Positions 10,811-23,080 of a stretch of DNA of 64,000 bases are shown here, one piece after another. Each line of letters opens with the position of its first letter. Position 1 is the first letter of the stretch. Made by a program: the position numbers and the translations under genes. The notes under the pieces were generated by a model. That model was not told where the DNA came from. It was given only the letters and a program-made list of their open reading frames with translations, and did no database searches. This DNA comes from Klebsormidium nitens (taxonomy: Eukaryota > Plantae > Klebsormidiophyceae), in the NCBI GenBank assembly GCA_000708835.1, contig DF237019.1, positions 1 through 64,000 of the forward strand, read 5' to 3'.

Positions 10811-11939
10811 CTCCTTGCACATGGAAGGGTGGCATGACTTGCTCGGTTTATCAGGAGTGATAGCCGCAGAGCAAGCCGGCCGGCCAAAACTTGAGAACCA
10901 GAAACGTGTGAACGTTTCATGCTTCGCTCATATTGAAGCGTGAAAACTAAGAAAGCGGAACAAGGTGGTAAAACGCAAGAAGCCCTAATCGAAGCAGCTT
11001 AGCTCAGTGCACCAGGCTTCTCAGCATGGGGGTGCCTACCGCAAGATCACTGACCTTCCTCTCTGGACGGCCAAATTCTGAATGTCCATAAGGACGACGA
11101 ACTTCTGAATATAATAGTGTGGCTAACTTTTTCATGCAGTGCTCTTTTTGCTTGCGAGTCTGGACAATGAAGGCTGGCGGATTAGCAAGTAGAGGTTGGC
11201 TGATTGAAGCGAGTGAACAAACGTACCGATGATTGCTCGGCTGAGCACGTGCCGTGTCCCCAGGTTGAGCTCCTGGTGGAACTTCTCTAGCAGCCCTGGT
11301 TCATTCTCCAACCAGTAGCGAGTGCTACCAATCGAGCAAGTCCAACCTACGAACCAAACATTGAAAGGTAAGTACAAGGGAAGCCTAACTTCAGAGGGAC
11401 TTGAAGTCAATCTTGGACTGTCCTAAAAGCATCATCCTCTCTATGATCACCTGTAGCTGCAATGCCCCTAAAAGAAGTGCGCTTATCATAGTCAATGAGC
11501 CCACGAAAACCAGCGACGCATCAAGGCAGTATTTCAAGAGCTTCGGATAAGCAGCTCATCATGAAAGCAAACCCCCTCTTTCCTGCACCCTCTACTCAAG
11601 TTTTCAAAAGGACATGAGACGCAACTTCACAGTATCATCGAAATAGACAACCAGCATCATCTTCCTGCAAGAGCATAGAGCATGCGGTTGGACCAACGCC
11701 AGTCTTGTCATTGAACGACTTTGTAAGCTGCTCATCTGATTCATAGCAAACCAGGCGTAATCAGTGAATGTATCTAGAAAGCTTACACAGTAGCTGCCGA
11801 GCACTTGCAAGTGCCTTCTCCAACATGTCTGCACACCACTTCTCTTGCAACTCATGGAGCCCCTTTAGGCATTGCGCAACCTCGGCTTGAGACTTGGCCT
11901 CGTTGTCAATTTGACGTTGCTTCCTTGCATCAATCCACT
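10811..11939 (-). CDS. hypothetical multi-exon ORF upstream of the 2A-like motif (may extend to ~13.2 kb); partly coiled-coil-like
   Basis: Exons 11939-11787 (EWIDARKQRQIDNEAKSQAEVAQCLKGLHELQEKWCADMLEKALASARQLL), 11735-11652, 11346-11227 and 10946-10811 all have AG/GT edges, matching phases and no stops, and join in frame to the exon starting at 10677. Confidence 0.5.
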
Positions 11940-13557
11940 CTGCAGAATGAAGGGAGAGTTACGAAAACCTAGATAGGCGAACGACAGGGTTCGGGAACTG
12001 AAAAGATGGGGTCAGCACTTGCTGCATCACCAGAAGCCACTTGGAAACATAGAACAACCGGTCGACGTAAAAACTGATGCCATGCTCAAATCTGAACTGT
12101 GAGCTGGAGAGTCTTCCGAAGGGTCCCTTGCAAATGGCTCCCTCGGCGTGTCAATCTTTGCCCGCCCACTGTTGAAAGAGCTTCGATAAAGGTAGTGAGA
12201 TCTATGCTGATTTCCAACTCCATGTACATGCCAGTCCGGCTGAATTCTAATATGAGCAATTCCTTCTCAATTTCTAGAAACAGTGTTCCAGATTGCGCAG
12301 CACCCTGTACGACAAAGCCTTCACCTTGGCGTTGAGGATCAATGCGGAAGTATCCAGCAGCAGTGCTGCGAGTGGTAGCTGAAATGTGCGCCTCACAGCG
12401 GTACTCCAAGCCTCCACCGTGCTTGCCCCCGCGCCTTCCGTGTGATGCATGAGCGCCGCAGCACTCGCAACGAAGTTGAAAAACATCTGTGGGTGGTCAA
12501 AAAACCCTCTCAAGCTGGATTTGAAACATGAAAAAGCATTCGGCGTGATCTAGCTGCAACCTTGCAACGCCCATGTGCGTAATGCCGAATAGCCCAGGCG
12601 GTGCAGCAGAATCTTCAGAGGCATGCAGTATCACAAAGCAGGAGCAATCACCTTCGCAATCTCAATAGCACAACCTTGCAAGCCTACCGAGAATGGCGTT
12701 TGAAGCCCTACCGTCTAGCTGCTCTACAAGGATGTCTTCCACACAGTCAGACAGATGCATCATTTGGCTGCAGGGTGCGGGAGATACTGTGGCTTTGGAA
12801 GGACCTTGTTCATGTGTTGAACCTGCAATGTGGCTGTGAGGATTCTGCAGCCTTGTGCTCTGGTTCAAATAGTTGCTTCTGTGCGTTGAAACAGGGGTTG
12901 GGATCATCCTGGCCCTAAAAGAGAAAGGTGAAATGGAGATGGGCCTTTTCAAGTGGCTGGGCCCAGCCTGGAGCCTTTTACTGCAGCCACTGGCAGCCTG
13001 AGGTAGAGCCATCAGCATAGCTTACACAGTACCAGCAGTGCTGCAGCATGGAAAGTATTAAAACTGGGTTGGGAGTTTCATCAGAGCCTTGAAAGCATCA
13101 CTCCCTGCATCAATCTCTCCAGTAGGTTCTTGCCGCTTCTGCCTCCTTCTCAAAAGGAAGGACGTTCGCCTCTTCAGTTTACTGGCCAGCTAAGCCTTCC
13201 GAGCGTTTGAATTCTAAGAAGAGCGCCCCACTGAGGTGGGAACCCTGATCAGTGGTCACAGACCTTGAAGCAAGGCAACCGTCTTTTCTTAATCAACTGG
13301 TGAATCTATGTACTACCTATGTAGCCTGTAAAGCAACATTTTGACATCCGGTTTGAATTTTGAATTCAAGCGAGCTGCAGGTTTTGTCATTGATATCAAC
13401 GGTTTGCTGTCCAAAAACGCGTGCACGATCGTCGACGACTGCGTACAGCGGCGCAATGGCATTTCACCGTACGCAAGGCAGTCTAACCGGTACGTAACAA
13501 TGCGCTTCAAAGCATACCACAGGCTTTACAGTACATGGGACTACTTTCCAGTGTCTT

Positions 13558-14000
13558 GATCGCACGATCGCATGGGTATCGCCCGGTGTGAAACCGGGGA
13601 GCGCGTGCGATTCCCAAGACTGTCGCCACGTAAGGGGCGACTTATACGGTAGTAAAAATGTCACCGAAGTGTACCGTGGTCCGACGGTACCTACTACGGT
13701 ACTAGGTACGACCGTACCCAGTACCGTACTTCCGCTGTACGCGTTGTACGGCAGCGTCGCGAGCGGCCGACAATACCGCGATCGTACGCGCACAAAAATG
13801 ACGTTCAATCGGAGTCCCGGCCGCCCGCGCCGCAGCGCGCGGCTGTCGGACCGGCCGGGTTTTGAGACACGCGGCCGCGGGCTGTCCAAGTTCCCCCCGA
13901 CCGGGCGGCCGCGCGCGAATGATCACCCGCAACGCAGCCGCCTGATCGTCAGAAGGGCGAAGCGGCGGCCTCGCGGCCGGGCAGTCAAACCGCGGCACGA
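13558..14000 (+). repeat. GC/CpG-rich non-coding element B with dense GTAC cluster and hairpins
   Basis: Ten GTAC between 13671 and 13787. Hairpins CCCGGT..ACCGGG and GTCGCC..GGCGAC, then TACGGTAG (13645-13652). Shares motifs with 308-690. Confidence 0.5.
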
Positions 14001-15826
14001 ACTTTGAAGTTTGCACTAGCTGTTTGCAGTAGGTAGAGTACTACAAAGCAGCACAAGCTAGATTCACAAACTAGGTACTGAATATTCCGTTGAAGTAACT
14101 TCGAGCTCCCGGAGATTCCCTTCGAGATGCCTGCCGTCCGCACGTGGGCTGCTTTGATTGGCTATTCCAGATTCGCACTGCATTTCAGCAGTCGTCCACC
14201 GGTAGTATGCTTGCAAAAGGAGATTCCAACAAAATCCAGATGACAAGTATGCATGTGCTGCTTCAGTAGCAGCAAGCGCTGATCTAGCAATCGCTTGGCT
14301 CTTGCTCTGCTCGGCTAACTTCTGCTAAGAAGAACGGTACGGTGAAGTGCTACTTCAAAGAGAATGTCGGAGGGGTTCATTGCCGGGGCCATGAGTAGTA
14401 GTTTGAGGCGGATTCACACCTCCGTGAGACAGCTTCTGATCTGGGCGCCCACGATATTGAGCGGCTGCAGTGCGCTGATTGCCACTGGCTCATGACCGGT
14501 ACCTGTGCACCTGTGTGTCTAGACTCTAGCGTACTACTGCATTTTAGAGTCACTCGGCACCTCTTGACATAGTGATGGCCTGTTCAAGACGCAGCGACGT
14601 GACGTGAGAGACAGAACCCAACGGGTGGAAAAGCTGAAGGCAGCTCGTTCTTGGCGCCACGGATTGTAAGGACGTCTCGCTTGCGGAGCTAGTTGATCTT
14701 CAGTGCTTTAGGAAGCGTGCAGACGACAACTGCTCCGATTAGGTGAGAGGTAATCGGCTCAATTCAACTTTCTGCGACTGACAACTTTCAAAATCGCAGG
14801 CGGCAGCTCCCTGTGAAGTTTTTCAGGCCGACGCTGATTGCGCATTGCTTATTGAACGCCAGTGCCAGCAGGGCTTTTGATTAGGACCGTTGTTGCTGCG
14901 GAAGAAACGTTGTCTGCATGCAGTGTATGGGTCACCGAGCTTCATTGATTTGGCGGAGAACTTAAATGGGTATGTTCAGAATCTACATCATATTAGCGTG
15001 GTTTCCAGTTTCCGGGAAGCTCTTACAGGAGATGTGTGCAGGGAATGCACAGTAAAGTTTCTGTGTGACAGTATTATGGAAGGTTGCATCCCACTGAAAA
15101 TCTCATCCCTGGACTCATTGTGAACCAAAATCTGAAACTGCAAAGTGAGATGATCACAAGTCACTTTGCCAGCTTCATTGGTCAGAATTTTGACAATGCA
15201 ACTCAAATCCACTCTAGAGCTCGTCCCTGAGTAGTCCCAAGCTTGTGTTGTGTTTCAAACCTGCTACATTGAATCCAGCCAATTCGGAACAGAGTATCAA
15301 TGCACACAACAACTTATGTATTTCGAATTTTCTTCAGATTGGCGTCTGTTGACTAAGCGAGCGCCCAAAAGCAGAACAGCTGGCTCTCAACAACTTCTGT
15401 ACAGTTTCACGTGCTAATTGAACTTTTCCTACGAATCGTTCATTGAACAAAGCTTCCTACTTTAGATGATGGAATTACAATACAACTGAGACTTAACCAT
15501 TCTGAATCTACCAGAGATGGACTTTCCTCAGGTAACGCTCCTTGCTTGACAGAGCGTCTCCTCCGCAATCACCGCCCTTTAACACAGGGTCTTTTGGCGA
15601 TTAACCACATTCGGTTACGGGCTGGTTCGAAGCTGGTTAAGTGTCCTATGACCAGACTCAAGCAGTATTAACCACGTTTTAAACATGACTATCACGCGGT
15701 TATTGGTCAAAGAGCCGGACTGGAGTTTGGTTGTCGAACTTGATTAGCAGCCAAACCTTCCAGTGATTTGATTTGTTTAAAAGGAAGAGTTGAACACTAA
15801 AGACGGACCTTTTGCAGGCAGTAGCT

Positions 15827-18800
15827 ATGGCTCGCGCGGCGCTCTTTGCTGCAGTCCTATTGGTCGCATTGACCGCCGCGGCGGAGGCTCAAGTCCTGAG
15901 CAATGCAATCGCGGTGAGATTTGCACTCCCATCTCCCCTGCAAAGAAAGCCTCAGTTGATAGTACCGTTTCGTCATTTGCAACCCCCTCTCCTGTCCCCT
16001 TAGACCTTACGCCTCTATTCTTTCCGGACTCGAAGCTTGCGTCCAAGGAAGCGTCTCTCACTCTCATCATGAACGTGGTCTGTAATTCTGTTTCACGACC
16101 TTTGATAATGTGCAGACCCCCGTAACCGTTCCTTTCGACACGACCCTCCGCCCCGCTGCCGACTTTGCCAACCTGACGGACCCTGCTTGGACTCCCCCAG
16201 GCTATGACCAGGGAAACAATGCCAGTCAGGTAAACCAAGATTAAACCGCCAACTTCTCTGCGTGTTTTTCACTCAGAGCCGTTTTTTATTGGAGCGTCGT
16301 TTTTGGATCGAAGATGATCGCAAGTAGCAAGATAAGCTCTCTGAATCGTCGTGATCCTTGCCAGCTTTCCCTGAGAGTCGCTGCCTTGGCCCGTGCGAAC
16401 AAACTCCTGGAGGCAGAGACGGAGACGAGGAAAGGGAGGTACTGAGGGGACACTGACGAAGTAACGAAAATCAGGTCGTTCCAAGGCAGGTTAAAACCGG
16501 GTCCCGTAAGTAAATACTCGAGTACGTGCACACAGAGGCCCGAAGTGAAACCGCTGTAAGCACCTCAGTTACACTATGCGCGCTCTTCTCTGCAGGTCCA
16601 CCTGTCGCTCGCGAGCCCCAACGGCGTGGCTGTTCACTGGGCGACTGGAGCTTACAAGGTGAGGCCACGTGGCAAGATGCTACTCTACCACGTCATGTCT
16701 TTAGCGACAGATTGTTTACAGAATCCCCAGTGACCTGCAATGTCAGAAACTTGTTAGCTCACAGGATCCCCGGACTTGCTGTCTGACATTTATCTGAATC
16801 CCTTCTCAAAACGACTGGTGGTTTTAAACCTTGCGTCATCTACGCTAGCTGAGCATAAACTACGATGCCCGTCCTTCTCGTCTCGCTTCTGGCTGGCTGC
16901 TGTTGTGACGAGCTCCGTTCGAGGCGAAGGCCGAGTGTTTGACAGACGTTCGACTCGGTAAGAGAGATATAGAATCTTTGCCACGATAGGAACCTGCTTT
17001 CTCGTCTCGACGAACTAAAGATCACGGTTTCAGGGCTCTTACTTTCGAGCTCCTCTTGGCTTTCGGTTTCACTAATTCTCTGTTACTGAACATCGATCAT
17101 GTGGGGCCTCAGTAAAATCTTCGTTAAGTTCTTTACGAACAGACAACCTATTGAACCCTTCTCTTATCACTTTTTCTCAGACCGGCACCGGAGCTCTCAC
17201 CCGCAACAACCCCAACTCCGTTCCGTCCGTCGTCCGCTACGGAACCTCCGCCGGAGACCTGACGAACTACATCAGCGGCGCGGCGGAGGTTTACGACCAG
17301 ATCTACAACACGACGGTTCCGGCGACCGGCGGGTCGACGTCGCTGAACTACACGTCGCCCATTCTGCACAGCGCGTTCATCACCGGGCTGAGACCGAACA
17401 CGACCTACTTTTACCAAGTGGGCGACAACACGACATTCAGCCAGACGTACAACTTTACGGTCGTGAACCCCGCAGGTACGTGCGACGCAATGTTTACAGG
17501 ACTCTTTGATATCTGCGTTCTCAGACGTAAACTTTTTCTTTGGATGATCTCAAAGGCTGAAGTCTGCGGATAGACGATCCGTTAAGCGCTTGTATCATCA
17601 GATTTAAAGGTTTCGGTTCCGGGCGCAGCCGACATTTCAGCAAAGAAGAAGGAAGGTGGATCTCATAAGCAACCCGGTTAAGTACCATTCACCCCCTTCC
17701 GAACCGCAAAAAGCTTTCCTCTCTTGCTCAGAGTTCCGGCACCGGGAACCTAGAGCGAATACGCAGACGCCGAGTCCGTTCGGCATCTCAGTTCAGACAT
17801 AAACTCCCAAGCGACGCTTTCTTTATGTGGGATTGTAACTTCAGGGAGACGTCTGAATACCCATCGCACAGAGGGCTTTCCTCAGAAAACTCGCTCTTAA
17901 CGTACAGGGTTCGGAAATGTGTCCAAAAAGAATCAACTTGCTGTTCTTTTGATGCAGGTCAGACGTATCCGCAGCGCATTCTGGCGATCGCGGACTGGGG
18001 CATGAGCAGCAACGCGACGAGCACGCTGCAGCACATCCTGCAGTCGTCCATCGGCAACGTAAACCCGCCCGTCATCTTCTACATTGTGAGGTTTCTCCTG
18101 TTATGATAACCTAGCAGGCGGGGCACCTACTTGTGTGTGAACAAGCTCTAAATAAACGCTGCAAGTGTCGTAGCGGTAGCGGGGTCTGCCCGCTTTAACC
18201 TTCTCGCGCCTTCAGAATGTCCCTTGGCTTCCTTATCGTTTTCTCGAATTTGTCAGTACGAGTAACGGCATGATGAGACACCTTTGTTCGTCTCCGGCGT
18301 CTAACATCCAAATTTAAAGGACTGCAGTCCAAACCGTTCTCATTCGCAAGATCAACCTTCTACTAATTCGCCAGAATGAGTAGAAGAGCACACTCGCACC
18401 AGACTTCTTTACCTTCCCCTTCACCAGTTCGTGCACCGCTGACGTCACGGAACGTCCTCGTCCCCGCAGGCTGATTACGTGTACGCTGACACGTGGTACA
18501 CGAACGGCACCGTGTCCAAGCCCAACACCGGCTTCGAGGGCCTTACGTCCGGCACGTGGCAGCCAGTCTGGGACGCTTTCCTCCGCTTCGTGGAGCCACT
18601 CGTTTCACGGGTGAGCTTCTTCTTCTTCTTCTTCTTGGTTGGGCTTTTCTGAAAACAATCTTGAATGATCTCATGGCATTTCCACGCATGAGTGTCTGTA
18701 AAGAGCATCCTGGCGTTGTGACGTCCGCAGAGAATTTGATTTCATTTCACACGCGCACCCACATCGCACGAAATGATTTGCAGAAATAAAGCGCGAACCG

Positions 18801-21800
18801 CGTTGTCATCAGCGGTTCGCACATTATTCCCGAAAAGGGTAAATCTGCGTTCTCCTTGAGAAGAGAAACAAACGCTCTTGGGACTGTGTGAAACAGGAGA
18901 AGATTGAACGTGCTTCTCACCAAAGGACGTCAAGAAGTTCCTTTTCCTTCACAGAGTAAGGAAACGAACAGAATAATCTGACCTCGACAGGAGAACAGTT
19001 TGGAACTTCTACCTTTCGCCCAAGAAGGAGGAACTTTGAAGCGTCTCGCTTTTCTTGTACTGAATATATTCTCTAAGATATTCTATGGAGAAAATGGCAT
19101 GACCTCACCTTTCGCAGGTGCCTTGGGTGGGGGGAACTGGTAACCACGAGATCGAGATGCAGAGTGACGGCCAGAACACCATCTTCAAAGCCGTGCAAGC
19201 GCGCTGGAAGGCAAGTTCCGTCCGTTTTGACCAGCTCCGTCCGTTCGCCGGAACGGAAACCAAAGCAAAAGCAGCTCCTTCCCTCTGCTTTGACATTTTC
19301 CAGCGGCGCTGCATCCTGTTTAGAAGATGATGCTCTAAAGGCTCCATCTCGGTCAACGGCGCTTCCTTTCTTCTGCGCCTCTCCTCCTTTTCTTCTGAGC
19401 CACCGCATACGGCGAGACGGAAGTGCGCGGCCTGGTTACTCGAGCTCGATCTCTTGTCCTCCTCTAACCCCACCCGTAACGCGCTTTTCGGTCTTACCGA
19501 GAGCCCTTTCGTGCGAAATTCTACCGCCCTCTGTTGGCAGGTCTTTTTAGCCCTGCTAGCTGATACCGGATTCGTCCATAAATAGAACCCAATCGGTTAA
19601 GCTCCCAATCAGCCTAAACGACTTGTTTGAATCTACTTTGCAGTACCCTGCCGCGGCCAGCAGCGATAACAGCTTCTATCAGTCCGTCCAAGTCTGCCCC
19701 GGTTCATTCTCAGTCTATATTCGTCAACCTATCACTAACCTCTTCCTGAACCTCTGTTCAACCCTGTTTTACAGTACCCGGCCGCCGCCAGCAGCGGCAA
19801 CTTCTTCTACTACTCCGTGAACGTCGGCCCGGTTCACGGGATCTTCATTTCCCCTTACGTCGACTACACCCCCGGTTCCGACCAGTGGCAGTGGCTCGCT
19901 GAAGACCTGCGCAGCGTTAACCGGTCCGTAACCCCCTGGGTTATCGTGAACATCCATAACCCGTGGGTTACCACCGACACCAGCTACAAGGAGTTCGAGC
20001 AGATGCGCGCGAGCATGGAGCCGCTGACGTACCGCTGGGGTGTGGACATCTTCTACTATGGTGGGTTTTACCGTTCTAACCATACTCGTTTGACCCCGGT
20101 TTGGGCTCGGGTGGTTAAGAGCTGACCGTAGATTCGCTTGCTAGGGACTTGTTCTTTGGTACGTTCGTCTCTCTGCGCGGTTTTGTGTCAATCTGTTCAC
20201 TTGGACATTCATCTCTGAAATAGAGCGGAGGTGTTACTTCTTGGTTGGAACTTACTGTTGCTGAGTACATTGCCTGGGAGTCGCTAGCTGCGATCCTCTG
20301 ACTGGAAAGAGACCTCTCGACATGGTCAAACCTCTTCTCGAAACTTGGTTTCCTAAAGAGTGGTCACAATCTCAACTGCACTGCTTACTTCGTGTAGGTC
20401 ACGTGCACTCTTACGAGCGCACATACCCTGTTTACGACTACGTGGTACGTCGTAAATGCTCGTCCTGTCTTCTCTGTCCTTCTCATGCGTTACTCTCGAC
20501 GATCCCAATCCCAATCCCATTCTGCATTCCGTGTTTCTCCTGCATTTGATCCCAGCCAGCTCCGCTTCGTGATGCCTCAAATCTGGGTGCCGCCTTCTCA
20601 TTCAACCTTGACTTGATTCCGCAAGCTTTGCGTACACTGCCACGTGTCCGAATGGCGCCCCTGAATCACTGAAACGAACCGCCCTGCGAAAACGGGTGTG
20701 GTTCTGGGAACCCTGAACCTCACAATACTTGCACGTCATGTCTTTTTCTCCTTGAGCCTCAGATGCCTTGAAGCCCTGAATTTCGATCCTCCTTTCCTTT
20801 ACTAGTACTCATGAGCTTCTGCACAACTTTCGTCTGTCGTCTGTCGATTTGATACAGGGCGTATCTTCACGTTTCTCGCATGCTGTGTTTCTTTTTCCTC
20901 TAACCCTCAGAACTTCGAACTTTAAGCCCGAATCCGAAAAAGCCTCCTTCTCGTCTGCCAGATCGACCCCTGCGGTGCCGTCCACATCACCATCGGCGAT
21001 GCCGGAAACGCGGAAGGCCTCTCCGGACTGGCCTCGGACAAACTTCAGCACAGTGAGTCCGGAATGTCCGAATTGCAGCAATCGGGTGGTACTCAAATGA
21101 TTGATGGAGGCCGCTCGAAGCGTCGCATTAAATTCAGTCCTATCAGGCCCTATTCTTTTGCCAGATAGGTACTCCTTTAATCAGAACCCTGAGTAACTTT
21201 CTGCGGACACGTGGGTCACGTGAGCTTTGCCTGGTGGCGGCCAATAATCCTGGGCGGTCGACCGGGTGGGTTGTCAACCTCTCCGGCTTTCCGAGCCGAG
21301 ACAAGTCTCCAAAGATACTGTTACCAGATTCTTTTGATAGCAAACCATCAGGCAAACGAGTACGAAAACCTTATTGAAGATGCAATTGCCGCCAGCAGCC
21401 CATTCCGCGCAGTTACCTTGTCCCGCTTCGCTGTTTCCAAAATCTCCAATCCTTGAATCTGCAGAGTACGAGGACCTTAACAACGGCTGCCCGGTTGTCG
21501 CCAACAGCAGCGTCCGCCCCGGTTACCTCGTCCCGGTTGACCCGACGATCAACGACCCGTGGTCGTTTTTCAAGCGCGCGCTGACGTACAATGCTGACGG
21601 CAACAGCTCTTCCCCGGGGGGTACCCCCGGGTACTGCGACAAGGCGCAGCCCGCGTGGAGCGCTTACCGGGAGAGCAGCTTCGGGCACGGGACATTGGAC
21701 ATCGTGAACGGGACATATGCCCGCTGGTGAGCTTGGAACTCTTCGTAAGTGTGACCAGGTTTGAATGCTGATCAATCAAAGTCAAAAAGAAGAAACTTCT

Positions 21801-23080
21801 CGGTGTAGTTATTTCTCAGCTGAATTCGGCACAAGGGTGCGGGAACGGGACGCTGGACGTCGTGAACGCGACACATGCGCTGGTGAGTAACAAGCTTCTC
21901 GCATCTGCGCCCCGAAGGCTGACTAGCTAGTGGAAGTCGAAAATTAGACAACTCCTGGTGTAGTCACAGCTGAGTTCGACCTCAGCCTTTTGGCGGCACA
22001 GGATGCTGGACTTTGTGAATACGATATATGCCCGCTGGTGAGCTGTCGGAAAGCTTCGCACAATTCTTACCCGGACGATGCAGGGCCGGGATGAAGCAAG
22101 GGAACGGAGCGAGATTAGACGGTGGGCAACCTGGACATATCGGATGTTGGTCTAGGTAAAGCAATCAAAAATCGGCTTATAGATGGAGTTTAGTTGCTCG
22201 AGGGGCTTCCTTCCGAGACTTGGGCGACGAAGGCAAACTGGTGGGACTAGAACCGTTCAAACTTGGGAATAGGGAGGCTGTTTCGCCAATCGCCCGCGTT
22301 TCCCTGAACTTCTTCCTTTTGGTTTGTGTTGGTGAAGGACAAGTCGAAGAGTTTTGAACGGAAGCCTTGAGCTGAAAGGCTATGCGGACGCCTACTAGGA
22401 CAATTCGCCGGTCCCACCTTCGGCTTCCCCCATCGATTCTTGCTTCCTGAGTGCAGCTTCCTTTGATCTTTCCTTCTCATAGGGCGAAAGCAAGACACTC
22501 CAAGTCGATTTCGTTTGGAGAGTCAACACTGGTAGGGTGCGCTAATTCCGTCAGCGTTGGCAGGAGGAACACAGCAACAAAGCTAGTAACCCCCATCCAA
22601 CTTCGCTTCGCTGGCGGCAGCTTCGCTTTTTAAACACAACCGTCCCTTAAACCCCTCACTCCTCATATCTAAACCGCTTTAAATCTAACCCGCTTTTCAC
22701 AGGCAGTGGCACCGCAACCAGGACTCCAACGCGGTCGCTACCGACGACGTGTGGATCGTCCGCGACACCGCTAACTGCCCTAACAAGCTGGGCAAATGGC
22801 CCTTCGTCACCGCGGGGCTTACCACGGGGCCCGCCCCAACCCCCGCGCCCACGACCGCGCCCGCGGCCGCGACGCCCGCGCCCGCCGCGCCCCCGCCCGC
22901 CAATGCCACGTCAGCAGCTCCGGCTGCTAACGCGACTGCGCCCGCGACCGCGCCTGTGCCCGCGCCCGCCGCGAGCGCCACGTCACCGGCGCCGGCGGCT
23001 GGTGCGCCCGCCACGTCAGCAAGTTCGGCGCCGGCCCCGCGGGCAGCGCGCCCGCTCCTGCGCCCGTGCCGTCGGCGTAG
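15827..23080 (+). CDS. secreted purple acid phosphatase, PAP15/PAP23 (phytase-like) type, with FN3-like N-domain and Ala/Pro/Thr-rich C-terminal tail; 12 exons
   Basis: Exons 15827-15913, 16116-16229, 16596-16658, 17181-17475, 17958-18085, 18470-18610, 19118-19210, 19775-20060, 20398-20444, 20962-21052, 21465-21726, 22703-23080; phases are consistent. Signal peptide MARAALFAAVLLVALTAAAEA. Metal motifs DWG, ADYVY, GNHE, VNIH, GHVH, plus CGAVHITIGDAGNAEG and SAYRESSFGHG. The stop at 23080 needs a 1-nt correction near 23035. Confidence 0.93.
18616..18636 (+). repeat. (CTT)7 microsatellite at the start of a PAP intron
   Basis: Seven perfect CTT units directly after the donor GTGAG. Confidence 0.9.

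Larger units (their letters stand above)
3553..13652 (-). mobile_element. putative full extent of the Crypton-like element, including the upstream ORF
   Basis: Direct copies of TACGGTAG at 3553-3560 and 13645-13652 bracket the YR gene and its upstream ORF. Cryptons are known to have short terminal direct repeats and no TIRs. The boundaries are a hypothesis. Confidence 0.3.

Noticed and set aside
13574-13616. tRNA-like or SINE-head-like sequence (CCCGGTGTGAAACCGGGG...GCGATTCCC)
   Set aside because: No D arm or acceptor stem, non-canonical anticodon loop, and the T-loop reads GTGCGA rather than GTTCGA.
13626-13653. Helitron-like 3' end (hairpin followed by GTAG|T)
   Set aside because: The terminus is GTAG, not CTRR. 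No 5' TC end or Rep/helicase remnants were found.
14080-14087. P1BS (GNATATNC) phosphate-response site upstream of the PAP gene
   Set aside because: Single match ~1.75 kb from the ATG; expected about once per 4 kb by chance.
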